The notes beneath the pieces were generated by a model. That model had not been told where the DNA came from and made no database searches. It saw nothing but the letters and a program-made list of their open reading frames with translations. Source: a virus (taxonomy: Duplodnaviria; Heunggongvirae; Uroviricota; Caudoviricetes). Taken from it: a stretch of DNA of 53,468 bases. Positions 1 through 11,100 of this stretch are shown here, one piece after another. Location: IMG/VR virus record IMGVR_UViG_3300031853_000005, positions 1 through 53,468 of that record; one strand, given 5' to 3'. The position numbers were made by a program, and so were the translations under genes. Every line of letters begins with the position of its first letter. Position 1 is the stretch's first letter.

Positions 1-143
1 GTATTATTATTACGTTAAAAACGTTTTGAATCCAGTGAATTTGACCACTGAATTACGTGGTTATGATGCCAAAAAGTTCTGAATTTAAGACTCGCTCAAA
101 GCGGCTTTTTCTCACTTAAGTAGGCCATTAAATGACTTCGCGA

Positions 144-545
144 TTATGCCAGATCCCAGCCATAAACGCGCGGCTCCCACACGTTATTGTCAACAGTGGA
201 GATATACACGGGATCGTCCCTGCCGGGATAGTGTACCTTGTCCCCGGTCATGTAAGCGTCCTGCGCTCCTGTCGGTTGCTTCCACACAGGGATTTCTCCC
301 GGTTTCGCTACCTCTGCCCACAGTGCCGGTGTTGTATCAGGTGTCCAGTCCGCCTGTGAGGTGTGAGACTGTACGCACCGATAGAGCTTATCGGCATAGC
401 TCACACGCTCGTCTGCGGTATAGCTCACGCCCGTTCCCCACATTGGGAACAGTTCCACAGCTTCCAGCGCATCGTCATCGGGCAAGGATTCAGCCGCCTT
501 CTCAATGATGGGCCGAAGCTGTCTTGCACGTTCCTGTGGTTTCAT
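144..545 (-). CDS. Small tail-associated protein with CBM5/12 (ChtBD3-like) carbohydrate-binding motif
   Basis: Motif WGTGVSYTADERVSYADKLYRCVQSHTSQADWTP..W plus a second W-K-Q-P..AYMTGDKV..W motif. Confidence 0.7.
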   Translation of the reverse strand: MKPQERARQLRPIIEKAAESLPDDDALEAVELFPMWGTGVSYTADERVSYADKLYRCVQSHTSQADWTPDTTPALWAEVAKPGEIPVWKQPTGAQDAYMTGDKVHYPGRDDPVYISTVDNNVWEPRVYGWDLA

Positions 546-685
546 GACTCCACCCCCGTCAGAATATCGTAGGCTTCAGCCTTGTCTAAATCCGTTACCT
601 GTTCAAGCGGGTTTGGAAGATTATTTGCGATGATCTCTTCTTCTTCCGTCATGTCGCGAATGATGCCATTATCACAAATCTGCAT
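542..685 (-). CDS. 47 aa hypothetical protein (MQICDNGIIRDMTEEEE...), absent from ORF track
   Basis: GGAGG SD then ATG at 685; its TGA overlaps the ATG of the next gene (ATGA coupling at 542-545). Confidence 0.65.
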   Translation of the reverse strand: MQICDNGIIRDMTEEEEIIANNLPNPLEQVTDLDKAEAYDILTGVES

Positions 686-1223
686 AATTTCCTCCGCAAA
701 TATAGAATTTACTACCAGCTAAAATGCGTTTGCTTTCTACATACGTATAGGCATATAGATTTGTTACCCGTGTGTCATTATTTTGGTTATAGGTTGCACC
801 GGCCAGAATAGCACTTACCATCGCACTAGGTTTTGATGGCAAATTTTTTACTTGCATAAAACAGATCCCTTTGTGCTGGACAGCTGAGTCAGCATAAACC
901 CCTCCACTTGGCGATGTGCCGTTTCTAACTAAATATATCCAGTCCGAAGCAGACAACGTTAAATTTTCTACCACAAAAAAGAAATCAAGTTCTTGATAAT
1001 CCGATAAATCAACACTAACGGCTCTTACATCTTCAGGCACTATAATGGTATCTAACAACAAAAACCCTTTACTTGCTCCCCCCGGAATATTTTCCACAGC
1101 AGAAACAAACCCAGCCGGGAAAGCCATCTGTGCGGATGTGCCGCCCTTGGTGCGGATCGCATTAGCAACGCTTGTGAGGTCTGCATTAAGCTGTGTGCTG
1201 TCTACTAGTTTATCGACTGCCAT
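672..1223 (-). CDS. Tail fibre-associated protein
   Basis: N-terminus LTSVANAIRTKGGTSAQMAFPAGFVSAVENI is typical of Firmicute phage fibre adaptor segments; start overlaps upstream stop. Confidence 0.6.
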   Translation of the reverse strand: MAVDKLVDSTQLNADLTSVANAIRTKGGTSAQMAFPAGFVSAVENIPGGASKGFLLLDTIIVPEDVRAVSVDLSDYQELDFFFVVENLTLSASDWIYLVRNGTSPSGGVYADSAVQHKGICFMQVKNLPSKPSAMVSAILAGATYNQNNDTRVTNLYAYTYVESKRILAGSKFYICGGNYADL

Positions 1224-3130
1224 CAGTAACTACCCCCTTGCCAAGTTGCGAGAGTCTGAGCGACCCATGCCGTGCCATCCCAGACGAGAAAAGCACCGGA
1301 AGCCGGGGAAGTCGGAGAAGTGATTTTGTCATTTAAATGGCGATTTAGCTCATCGACAACCTTTCCAGTATCTGCCGGGTACTCAACGCTGACAGGGCCG
1401 ACATCCGTGTATACCACGTTGTTGCCGAGAAGCGTGGTGACTTCCTGCGGCGTGAGCTGGTAGGTGATGGGATTGGCAAGTTCGTAAACAAGTTGTACTC
1501 CGTTCATAGCAGTTTTGAATGTTGCGGCATCTGTATATGACGTGTCATAGATATAAACATAACCACTTGTCGGAACTGTTATGCAATTTGTAACATGGCC
1601 CAAATATGGTTGATTCGCGGCAACATTTATATACTGAGAACAAATGACATTTGCAGGAACATTGTTATTTACAGTTTTTTTAATATTGTTTACTATTGCA
1701 CGAGACTGGAAGTAAGGATATGTAGCGGAGCTATCATAAGTCCACGTCAGCGTCCCCAAATCCACCATCGCCCTATTCACCGCCAGAACACCGCTGATCA
1801 CATCCAGCGTACCGCCATAGACAGTGCCAGCTGTGTCTTGCCAGTTGACGGAGATGGATTCGCTGGTGTAGGGTTCGTAATTGGTGGAGGATGGTCCAGT
1901 CTCAACCTGCACATTATAACCGTCAAAACTAGTTCCACCTTGCGTCACACTAAAAGATACAAAGCAGATTCCGTTCGGCACAGTTACAGATCCAGATTGT
2001 GCATTATAGGAAACAAGTGTTCTCGATTCAATAAAGCTCTTGTTGCTATCGTAGAATCTAACCAGCAAGTTGGCCCAGGTCTCTTCAAACGCTCCAACTT
2101 TGCTTCCGGTGTAAACAGTTCCCGGAGTTGTTGGAATAATATCAGACCGAATGCCATGTGCAAGGTTATATGCGTTGTCGTTGATATTTCCATTGTTATC
2201 AATAGCACCCGGGATGCCGATTAGGTTCTTTCCTATTCTTTTCCCGCTCAGCCCAGTCCAGCCGCTGATCGGGCAGATGTTCTTGTATGGGACAAAGGTC
2301 GCATCGGACTCACTGGCGAGACGAACCATAGGCTTTACTGTTCCGTTGACAGTGCTCCCAGCGGGTATTCTTACAGCGAACCTGCAATATGGTGCATCGG
2401 AATTAATGGTCGAGCCGGTTCCGGTGTCCACCCTTGCGGTTACATACGTTCCGGTTGATGTCTGATAAAGCGAGCAAGCTATACCAAGGTTAGATGATAC
2501 TGCACCGTTCAGTATATCCCCATTGAAATTGTTAGGGATAATATCTGTGAAATTAAACAGAATTTCAGATCCCGTATTGGTTCCGCTGCATGTTATAGTT
2601 CCATCATCATTAACAACAAACGTTACACCACTAAGCGTGTATGTGCCAGCTGCTCGTGTTACATGCAGCTTGTTTTTTGATGCACCACCTGGCCACGGAT
2701 GGTCATACCCGTGCAAATCCTGCACAGGCTCGATCTGAGCCACCAGCTTCCGCACGGGCATCGAGTCCGCTCCATCGTCAAAGCTGGCGATTGCACCGGA
2801 GGCTGTCTCCAAGATTACCGGAGCTTTTGTATCAAGGCCGGTGGTTTCGTCATTTAATTGACGATTCAAGTTACTCACATTATCGCCAAGGTTACTAACT
2901 TTCCAGTGCGCTAAAGTCCAACCTTCCGCTGTCGGAATGTCTACGATACATTCGTATAATTTTCCATCATGAGTGCATACATCGCCCACGCTGTATGTCT
3001 TTCTTGTGCTGTATTCGGATGCAATTGCATCGGTTACAACCTTGTTCTGGACAGTGCTGGTAGATTCGTGCGAAAGTTCAGCATCAGCTACGGGCGAAAC
3101 ACTGATGCCCTGTCCTACAATAACTGCCAT
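1223..3130 (-). CDS. Putative receptor-binding/tail fibre protein (635 aa)
   Basis: CBM5/12-like N-terminal motif (YSVGDVCTHDGKLYEC..W), two KNL...(VE)TG..T.YEPY beta-sandwich-like modules, position at end of tail operon. Confidence 0.65.
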   Translation of the reverse strand: MAVIVGQGISVSPVADAELSHESTSTVQNKVVTDAIASEYSTRKTYSVGDVCTHDGKLYECIVDIPTAEGWTLAHWKVSNLGDNVSNLNRQLNDETTGLDTKAPVILETASGAIASFDDGADSMPVRKLVAQIEPVQDLHGYDHPWPGGASKNKLHVTRAAGTYTLSGVTFVVNDDGTITCSGTNTGSEILFNFTDIIPNNFNGDILNGAVSSNLGIACSLYQTSTGTYVTARVDTGTGSTINSDAPYCRFAVRIPAGSTVNGTVKPMVRLASESDATFVPYKNICPISGWTGLSGKRIGKNLIGIPGAIDNNGNINDNAYNLAHGIRSDIIPTTPGTVYTGSKVGAFEETWANLLVRFYDSNKSFIESRTLVSYNAQSGSVTVPNGICFVSFSVTQGGTSFDGYNVQVETGPSSTNYEPYTSESISVNWQDTAGTVYGGTLDVISGVLAVNRAMVDLGTLTWTYDSSATYPYFQSRAIVNNIKKTVNNNVPANVICSQYINVAANQPYLGHVTNCITVPTSGYVYIYDTSYTDAATFKTAMNGVQLVYELANPITYQLTPQEVTTLLGNNVVYTDVGPVSVEYPADTGKVVDELNRHLNDKITSPTSPASGAFLVWDGTAWVAQTLATWQGGSY

Positions 3131-3834
3131 TATGTCACCTCCGTAAACAATGCGGGAATCTCCATTGCGACGCTCGGTGCATTGCCGATTGCATATGCGG
3201 TAAGAACCCCGTTATCGTTTGTGATATAAAGTGTCTGCACTCCATCATTCCGCATCTGAATCAAAGTTCCAGCGTGTGGAGGAATGCTTACCATAGTCTT
3301 TTCCGTTACCGTGTATCCAACAGGCGTTGCCACGATGGTATGCGGCTCGGTTGCGCTCCACTCAGTTCCCAGGGAAACTTTTCCCATCGTTCCTTCAGAT
3401 ACAATGTAAGAATTCATGGAAGACTCATCCACGTATTTCTTTGCCTCTTCAAGAACAACTTCATCCGCATCGTCAGCATATGCGCTGGCTTCTGCAAGAG
3501 ATTGAGCTTTCGCGGTAACGATCTCAGAATTTGTATAATTCTTTGCGGAATTTAATGTAGCCACATCCTGCGAATTTGCATAGCTCTTGGCTGAATTGAG
3601 AGTGTTTGCGTCTTTTCCATCCGCATAGGTCTTTGCGGAAGAAAGCGCACTTGCCGATTTTGTATCCGCCGACTGATCGGCATACTTCTTCATTTCAGTC
3701 TCAGAGGCAGCAACCTGCGCATCCGTATATTTCTTTGCCTGGTTATATACGGTTTCTCCGCCGCTGTCACCGCCATGCAAATCTGTATACTTTCTGCTGA
3801 GTGCATATGATAAAATATTAAGCTCTTCGCTCAT
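3130..3834 (-). CDS. Tail/baseplate-associated protein with AKxY(A/T)(D/N) repeats
   Basis: Repeated AKKYTD/AKTYAD/AKSYAN/AKNYTN helical units; C-terminal domain similar to that of the neighbouring BppU protein. Confidence 0.6.
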   Translation of the reverse strand: MSEELNILSYALSRKYTDLHGGDSGGETVYNQAKKYTDAQVAASETEMKKYADQSADTKSASALSSAKTYADGKDANTLNSAKSYANSQDVATLNSAKNYTNSEIVTAKAQSLAEASAYADDADEVVLEEAKKYVDESSMNSYIVSEGTMGKVSLGTEWSATEPHTIVATPVGYTVTEKTMVSIPPHAGTLIQMRNDGVQTLYITNDNGVLTAYAIGNAPSVAMEIPALFTEVT

Positions 3835-3866
3835 ATACAGACTCCTTTCTGGTTAATTTATCTTTA

Positions 3867-4043
3867 TCACACGGCAAGCCAACGTGCGTTTTCCTCGTCA
3901 TAAAAATAAATGTTCCCCGTGTCCATTTCGAAATAAACGCTGGCATTCGGAATCGGGCCATGAGTATCCTCTTCAGGCTTCGTATCAGAGGCAAGTCCCA
4001 TAAACGTGTCATAGCTATTGCCAGCAATTCGTGTAATTGCCAT
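3867..4043 (-). CDS. 58 aa tail-region protein (MAITRIAGNSYDTFMGLASDTKPEE...YFEMDTGNIYFYDEENARWLAV), absent from ORF track
   Basis: AGGAGG SD, ATG at 4043, TGA at 3867; GLxSDTKP...YFEMDTG.Y.YD pattern is familiar from small phage tail-region proteins. Better than the 3818..4027 track ORF. Confidence 0.75.
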   Translation of the reverse strand: MAITRIAGNSYDTFMGLASDTKPEEDTHGPIPNASVYFEMDTGNIYFYDEENARWLAV

Positions 4044-4061
4044 AATTGCCCTCCTAATTAA

Positions 4062-4805
4062 TTAAACGTCAATTGTCTCATAGAGAGACGCCTGAACCGT
4101 CAGCGCTGATTTAGGCTTCCCACCGATTGCATATGCCGTCAGCGTTTTGTTATTGTTTGTGATGAAGACCGTCGAAACGCCATCACTGCACAACTGGTTA
4201 ATAGCTGTCGCATCGCCGACGATATCGACCTTTGTCTTTTCCGTAATGTCATAGCCGCTTACAGTCACATTCTGAGTGTAAGGATCAGATCCAGACCATG
4301 ATGTACTGAGAGTAAGTGTGGCAAGAGACTGCGCTACACCTTCCATCAATTCAGTAGCCTGCTGAATCGCCGCATTCATCGTCCTGAAGTCATCCGTAGA
4401 TACAATCAGTGTTGCAACATCGGGAGCAGGAACTACTTCAATCACGAACGGAATTGTACTGAGCGTTGTATCATCCTTGAGCATGCACAAATCGCAATCA
4501 CATCTGCCGACAGCGGTAGTGGTCTGAGACACCAGCTCAATGCTGATCGTATCGTCATTGTTTTTAACAATGAGATAACGTCCAAGTTCAGGGTCAACGA
4601 ATGCGCTGTCCAGAATTACAGCATGACCGTCCGCTTTGTGCTCACGGAAAAGAAATGTAATCCCGCTTTCTGGGATATACTGTTCATTATCTTTCGTAAG
4701 TGTTACTTTGATAAATCGCGCAGAAGCGTCACCCTGTTTCACACGAATCATCGGCAATTGCCCATAAGGATTGACATCAAGCGTGATTTCTTTTGTATAG
4801 TCCAA
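4062..4805 (-). CDS. bppU: BppU-family baseplate upper protein
   Basis: N-terminal VKQGDASARFIKVTLTKDNEQY...FREHKADGHAVILD matches the BppU/DUF2479 pattern; GGGAGGTGA SD with TTG start. Confidence 0.7.
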   Translation of the reverse strand: MDYTKEITLDVNPYGQLPMIRVKQGDASARFIKVTLTKDNEQYIPESGITFLFREHKADGHAVILDSAFVDPELGRYLIVKNNDDTISIELVSQTTTAVGRCDCDLCMLKDDTTLSTIPFVIEVVPAPDVATLIVSTDDFRTMNAAIQQATELMEGVAQSLATLTLSTSWSGSDPYTQNVTVSGYDITEKTKVDIVGDATAINQLCSDGVSTVFITNNNKTLTAYAIGGKPKSALTVQASLYETIDV

Positions 4806-4874
4806 AAACTCACCTCCCTGGGTCTGGTGTAGGGAATTTTCAATAATTGAAAGTCAGGTTTTATTACGCATAGT

Positions 4875-4904
4875 AAAAGACAGTCGGATATTTCACCGAC
4901 TGCC
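4875..4904 (-). terminator. Rho-independent terminator
   Basis: Minus strand GGCAGTCGG-tgaaatat-CCGACTGTC-TTTT. Confidence 0.75.
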
Positions 4905-4923
4905 TCTAACTATTAGTATTAAA

Positions 4924-5121
4924 TTATGCCGGAACCTTCGAAAGCAGATGCTCATTGATTGCCGCCACATCTGCCAGAATAGTTTCATCAAGCAGAATTA
5001 CGGTAGCCCTCACATTGCTCTTGATCATAATGCCATCTTCATTGATGACGGAATAGGTAAACGTTGCCCTCATTCCTTCAGCCGTCTGATGACAGGTGAA
5101 GCTTGTAATTTTAGTAATCAT
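4924..5121 (-). CDS. Small hypothetical protein (MITKITSFTCHQTAEG...)
   Basis: ATG at 5121 overlaps the end of the tail gene; start reassigned from 5187. Confidence 0.65.
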   Translation of the reverse strand: MITKITSFTCHQTAEGMRATFTYSVINEDGIMIKSNVRATVILLDETILADVAAINEHLLSKVPA

Positions 5122-8100
5122 TCTCGTAAATCTCTCTTTCGTATTGCTCCATATATTGTTCTGCAAGCTGGTCATAATCTGTCTCAAGTAGTTTCATATA
5201 CAATGACGATTCATCACCAGCAACATCTGTAGGTATTGTTTCAATCGGTTCATCCGTCAAGGTCTGTTCCTGTGGCGTAAGATATTCGTATTGATCACAT
5301 GTCATACGGTCATCTCTGAATCCACGCTGACGCGCATACAGAATCCAGTCGAAAGATGTACCGGCAACGCCATGCACAATAAAATGATCAGAATTCTTTT
5401 CTACCCAAGAAATACTTCCTTCGCTTGTCTGCGTAGTAAACACTTGGTAGTCATGGCTCAGATCAATCGTTTCAGCGAAATCTTGATCGATCATCACAAA
5501 GCAAACGCCAGTAGAGTCAATGACTCCGCTGCCAAGATCAGAGTATACACTGTAAGTGCTTTCCATCGCGCTTAAACCAAGTACGCCGAAATGCTCTGTG
5601 TCCATAACTTTGTACTTCTGACCAGTGCTTGTAACATAGAGGTTATACATCTGCATTGAGCCAGAACATACAACGCCGTTATTTCCGATATTGTCCCATC
5701 TTCCGCTTGCTCTCAAAGTAGCCATGCCATTAAATGATAAAGTACCTTGCAATTGAGCAGATCCGCCAAGAATAATAGGATAATCTCCGGCAGTAGCAAC
5801 GTGTAATTCAGTAGTGCCAGCTTTTAATACAACAGCGTTTCCGTTGATTGTCTGTAATCCGCAAGCCACTTCTGTGGGAGATGACGCAGAAGTAGCCGCA
5901 TGGAATGCTGGGCCATATTGCGCAATCCTGGTATCCGCAACAGTTGAACCAGCAGTTCCAACATACAGATCAAGACCACCAGCATCCAGAACTGACTTGT
6001 CAGGCATGTCCGCTGATATAGGCCATTCACTTGCCGACAGAATACCAGTAGATGTAAACTGCCCAGACGATGTGACGTTGCCATTACCAGCCAGCTTAAA
6101 GCATGTACTGTTAATCGTTACGCGATCAGCACCAAGGCTTACCGTACTTGATCCAGTTGTGCATTCAATCGTTAACTGAGCGGCAACATTCCCAACTGAT
6201 ACTTTAGCCGCAATGCTGTTCGCATTCTGCCGAATAGATGATTCCGATGCTACAATCTTTGAAGTTGTAGTATAAACAGGCGATGTCCATTCATGAGCTT
6301 CGCTTCCAGTTTCAAGCATCGGCTTAAATACAGCGTTGCTAAACGTCGTTCCGCTTGCAATCGTCATTCTTATTACAAAGAACTGATCATATCCAGATAC
6401 TCTGGATGACCAAGCAAACGATTCGCCACCAGCAAGAGAAGCATCAATTGCAGAAGCGACGCTATACATGGTTGTACTTCCTTCAATATTCGGAAAACGA
6501 TATGGCTGTATTGAAATGCCTGACGCAGATGCATTACCGCATAACGTATATGTAGCAGATTGAAGTGTATACTGTTGCCTGTAACTGATAATATCTTTTG
6601 TGATATTAGCCGTAGCAGTTCCATCGACAGTTATAGAACCATCTGATTCTATAGTAAATGATACACCGCTCATGGTATATGTGTATCCAGGTTTCCAATG
6701 CGGCGCTTGCGTTGTTGTGCTATATCCATACGGACACGGCATTAGGTTAGAAGAACCAAGAGAAGCGACAACCTCTTCCATCGATTCCACACGGGACTCA
6801 ATCTCTGTTGCCGTCTGCGTAATCTGAGAAGAATAAGACTTCGCCGTAGGTTGCCAGTTATGACCAACACTGCCGTACTCAAGCTGCGGATATGCCGTAA
6901 ACGAGAATGTATTCCCAGAATACAGGTACAGATAAATTGAAATATAGTCATCAGGATAGTTATAAACAACTGCGGCAGTCTGCGGATTTGCTATCGCAAC
7001 GCTATAATTATCTTCAGACCCAACAGGTCTTCTGAACCAACAAAGCTCTGCTCCAACAACCCGTGTATCACCCATAGAAAGAGTGTACGTTCCAGCCGGA
7101 AGTGTTTCTTCATCTGCGTAAGATGTCAGAAACAGAGCTACATTTGCTGTCGCTGTTCCTGTTACAACAATAGAACCATCTTCGTTTACTGTGATCGTAA
7201 GACCGGATTCAACGTATGTTCCGCTTTTTGCATAGGGATATGTAATCAGGTTGTCAGCTTTCGTATCAAGAATCTTCTGATATGATTTAACAGTGTTCTT
7301 AATCATCGTATCAGTCTGCGTTGTCGTAGAATAATTCTCGATAAGATCCGCCTGAACCTGACTTGCAAGAGCATTTGCGCCGTTCAATGCCTGGGCTAAA
7401 ACAGGAGTCGTATAGGTAACGCTCGTTGTCTGGTCTGAATTAAGCCATGTGATTTCTGTTCTTTCCCAGATGTAATGATCTTCCTGCCACTCAGGTTGCG
7501 CAGTAGACCACTGACCACCAGTCTGCGTTGTATCTGATATTGACAGATAATACTGCTGCACCAGAGCGGAAACGCCACGACCGTCAGCACCAGCTCCGCC
7601 AGTATCACCGTAAACGCCGATGATCACAGGATCGGTATGAGTTGACTGTCCTCTTGAATACTGAATTTCTTCATAATTCCAGAGATACTTATTCGTTGCG
7701 GTTACTGTCTGGATGGAAGTTGTCCATCCTGCCGTTTCCGTTGTAACACCAGTTGAAAGCGGAGTGGCAAGATAACGGTCTACAACATTCGTGATGCTGA
7801 TACCTGACGTACCATCAGAGATAATAGGAACAGTCTGCTGATCAAGCAGAACAGTAAATCCGCCAGCTTCATACAGAGAGCATCTGATCGCCGCGATATC
7901 AGCAGGAATCGTGTAAGTTGTCGATGACTCATCTGAGCTTGAGTTCTTACGAACAGTCCATGTTGCGTTATCTGCTGTCGTTTCAATTCTGAATCTACCG
8001 GCATAATCCGTCATAGACGATTCGCCCGTCTGAGATTTTGCGGAGACAGTAATCGATGTCGGACTGTACGCACCAGATTCAGACTTCTGTATTGCTGAAT

Positions 8101-11100
8101 GACTTACATTGATATGATAAGTCGTTGCTGATTCGCCGTTAAGCGAAACATTATATGTAAACGATTTGGTGAATGACTTTCCATCGACAGTGATCGGAAT
8201 GTCAAGAGTTCCGCTGAACTGAGTAAGAGCGGCAGTCACAGCGATTGTTACCTTGGCATTCGTCGTAGAGTTTCCAACGATGGTTGCCGTCATTCCGTTA
8301 GGAACACCAGTAATTGTCCCAATGGTAGGTGCTACCTGAGTGATTCCTTTATAAGCCATAATTTTGCAGTCGATACTTGCCGGAATAACAGCACTTGTAT
8401 TTCCTGCAAATGTATGGTTTTCATTTGACAGAATTACCGTATAAGCATCTACGCCATCCACACCGTTTCTCGCCAGGACTCTTGGCGCAGCCCATTCTGA
8501 AGGCGGAATCGTATCTGTTCCGGTTCGTGCGCTTGCGGTTGCAAACGTCACCATAATCGGAAGCGTTCCATCAGGAATTGTCTGACTCCATCCAGTAGGC
8601 ACAGATGATAATGCACCTGTCGCAAACGTGTAGGTCAAATTATTTTCCCAGTCTACACTCGCAGAATTAGCTCTTTTATACAGATAGACCGTTGCGGTAT
8701 TAATTCCGTCTTCGCCACTGGACGCAATCTTCCTCGGCGGAGTCCATTCTGTGTATGCGATTGTCGCAGTTGCTTCTTCAGATGCCGCCGTTGCCATCGT
8801 GACATAGAGCGGATAATCACCTTCTGGAACAGTCTGTGACCATCCAGAAGGAACCGTTGTGAGAGACTTCGCGGTAAACGAATAAGTCAGCGTATCCTGC
8901 CAGTCAATCGTAGGATCATTCAGCGAACGTTTATACAGATTGATGATCACGCTGTTTAATCCGTTTGCGCCATCCTGACTGAACTGACCGATAACTCTCT
9001 TACTGGTCTTGTCTGTCGTTGTGTCTGTATAGGTAATCAGTTCATACGCCCAGAGATAACGCTGTGTTGCGTCAACTGTCTGGATCGTCGTAGTAAATTC
9101 ACTGTCTGCGGGAGCTTCCGCGTTGCTTGCGCTCTTGGCATAGTATTCGACAACAGAAGTAATCCCTCGACCAGTCAGACCGGTATCTCCGTAAACACCG
9201 ATAATAACAGGAGTTGTGGTTGTCGGAAGTCCTTCCGTATACGAAATAACTTCGTAGTTCCACAGATACTTGTTTGTCGTTGAAACCGTCTGAACCTGTT
9301 CTGTCCATCCAGGAGTATCTTTTGTTACACCAGACTGAAGATTGGAGGCAAGATAATAATTTGTGATGTCTTCAATGCCTTTACCATCTGCACCGGTGAT
9401 GTTGAACTGCCCGATAATAACCGGAGTTGTATACGTCGGATTGCCGGATGCCCAGACAATTTCTTTATAGTTCCACAGATATTTTTGCAAAGGTGTTGCC
9501 GCCTGCATATCCGTAGTCCATCCAAGTGTTTCTCTGGTTACGCCGCTTGCCAACTGAGAAGCCAGATAATAATTTCTGACAGCCGTGACAGCTTTTCCGC
9601 TGTATGTGGCAAGCACATATTTGTCCGTACTGGAAGACGTTGAATCAGAGTAGATCACCAGCTCAGTTGCCCACAAATATTTGTTTGTGCTCGTAAGCGT
9701 AGGAAGTTCCGTTCCGAAAACATTGTCATCAGGCGCGACAGTATCACTTGTTCCTGCTGCATAGAGCTGTCGAACGGAGATGATTTCGCTGCCTGTGATG
9801 CTGTATGTTCCGATCACATGCTTTGTGGTTTTCTTCTGCGTCTGATCAGTGAATACCGTAATCTCATAGTTCCACAGATACGGTTCGGTTGCGGACATTT
9901 GCGGGATCTCCGTACTGAAGTCAGAATCGGCAGGCGCATTGTCGTAGTCGTTGTTTACGGCATAATATTCCGTGATAGAATAGATGCCTTTGCCAGCGGC
10001 TCCCTGGATACAGACAGCTTCAGAATACGATGCAACATCGTTTCCGTTCGTTGTCTTCGTTCTCTGCCAGATATACTTACCTTCCTCCCATGTCGGACTG
10101 TCAGTAGACCAACCGGAAGACGGTGCAACCTGATCGTTATTGCCGACTGCATACTGTGTCTCAACATCTGTAATTCCATTGGACTTTGCAATAAATTCAG
10201 CTCTCGCATCATTTGACTTCATGTATGTGTTAGATACACTCGTCATAATAGATTCTGCGCTTTGCTGAATCTTCGTGTTGACTTCCTGCTTGGTATCATA
10301 ACCTTGCAATGTCTGATTAAATTCTGTTCTTAATCCACTTGCAGACGCAGAAATCGCCGAGTTCATTTCGCCGGTTGTGCTGTATCCATTGAGCAGAAGG
10401 TTTCCGTTTGAATCGATGCTGAGAATATTGGTAAGCGTTTCGTCCTCTTCCTTGCGAAGAATACGGAACGTTTTTGCATTCGCACCAGCTTCAGTAATCA
10501 GTGTGAATCCATCATAATCCAACGTAATGCTGCTGTTCTCGTTATAGATTCCGACTTCCTGAGACAGAACCAGATTACCGACCAGCTTATCAGCAATCAC
10601 GCCATAAGCTTCTTCCATCTGCTTCGTGACAGGATTGTAGTAAACGAACCGACCGACACCAGCTTTTGCCGTAAGCCAGCCATCATCCGTAACATAAAGA
10701 CCGCTACTGATGATCTTTACCTGCTCGTCTTTATATCCTTCAGTTTCAGGAATGTACTCGCGTCCGGTGATTCCAGTTTCGCCGATCTCAAATTCCTGAT
10801 TGGCAGCACCGCCGACAATCTTCTGTGAAGTAAGTTTGAATCCGTCCGTTACCCAGTTTTCCATCTCTTCCTGACTCTTCTTGCCAGCCTGTGCCTGCCG
10901 AGACACACTTCCGTAAGAAGAACTCATGGAACGCAGAGATGAAAGCAAACTCTGGATATCGCTTGCAGAGCTGTAGCCCTTGCGGACATCCGAGAATTCA
11001 ACGCTGGACAGCTTCCAGGAATCATAATCGATTGTATACTCGATCATTCTCAGCCGATAGATTTCTCCATCGACTTCAATTCTGAGCCAGTTGCCGACCT

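Noticed and set aside
3818-4027. 69 aa track ORF
   Set aside because: An overlapping frame (3867..4043) has a strong SD and a recognisable phage motif.
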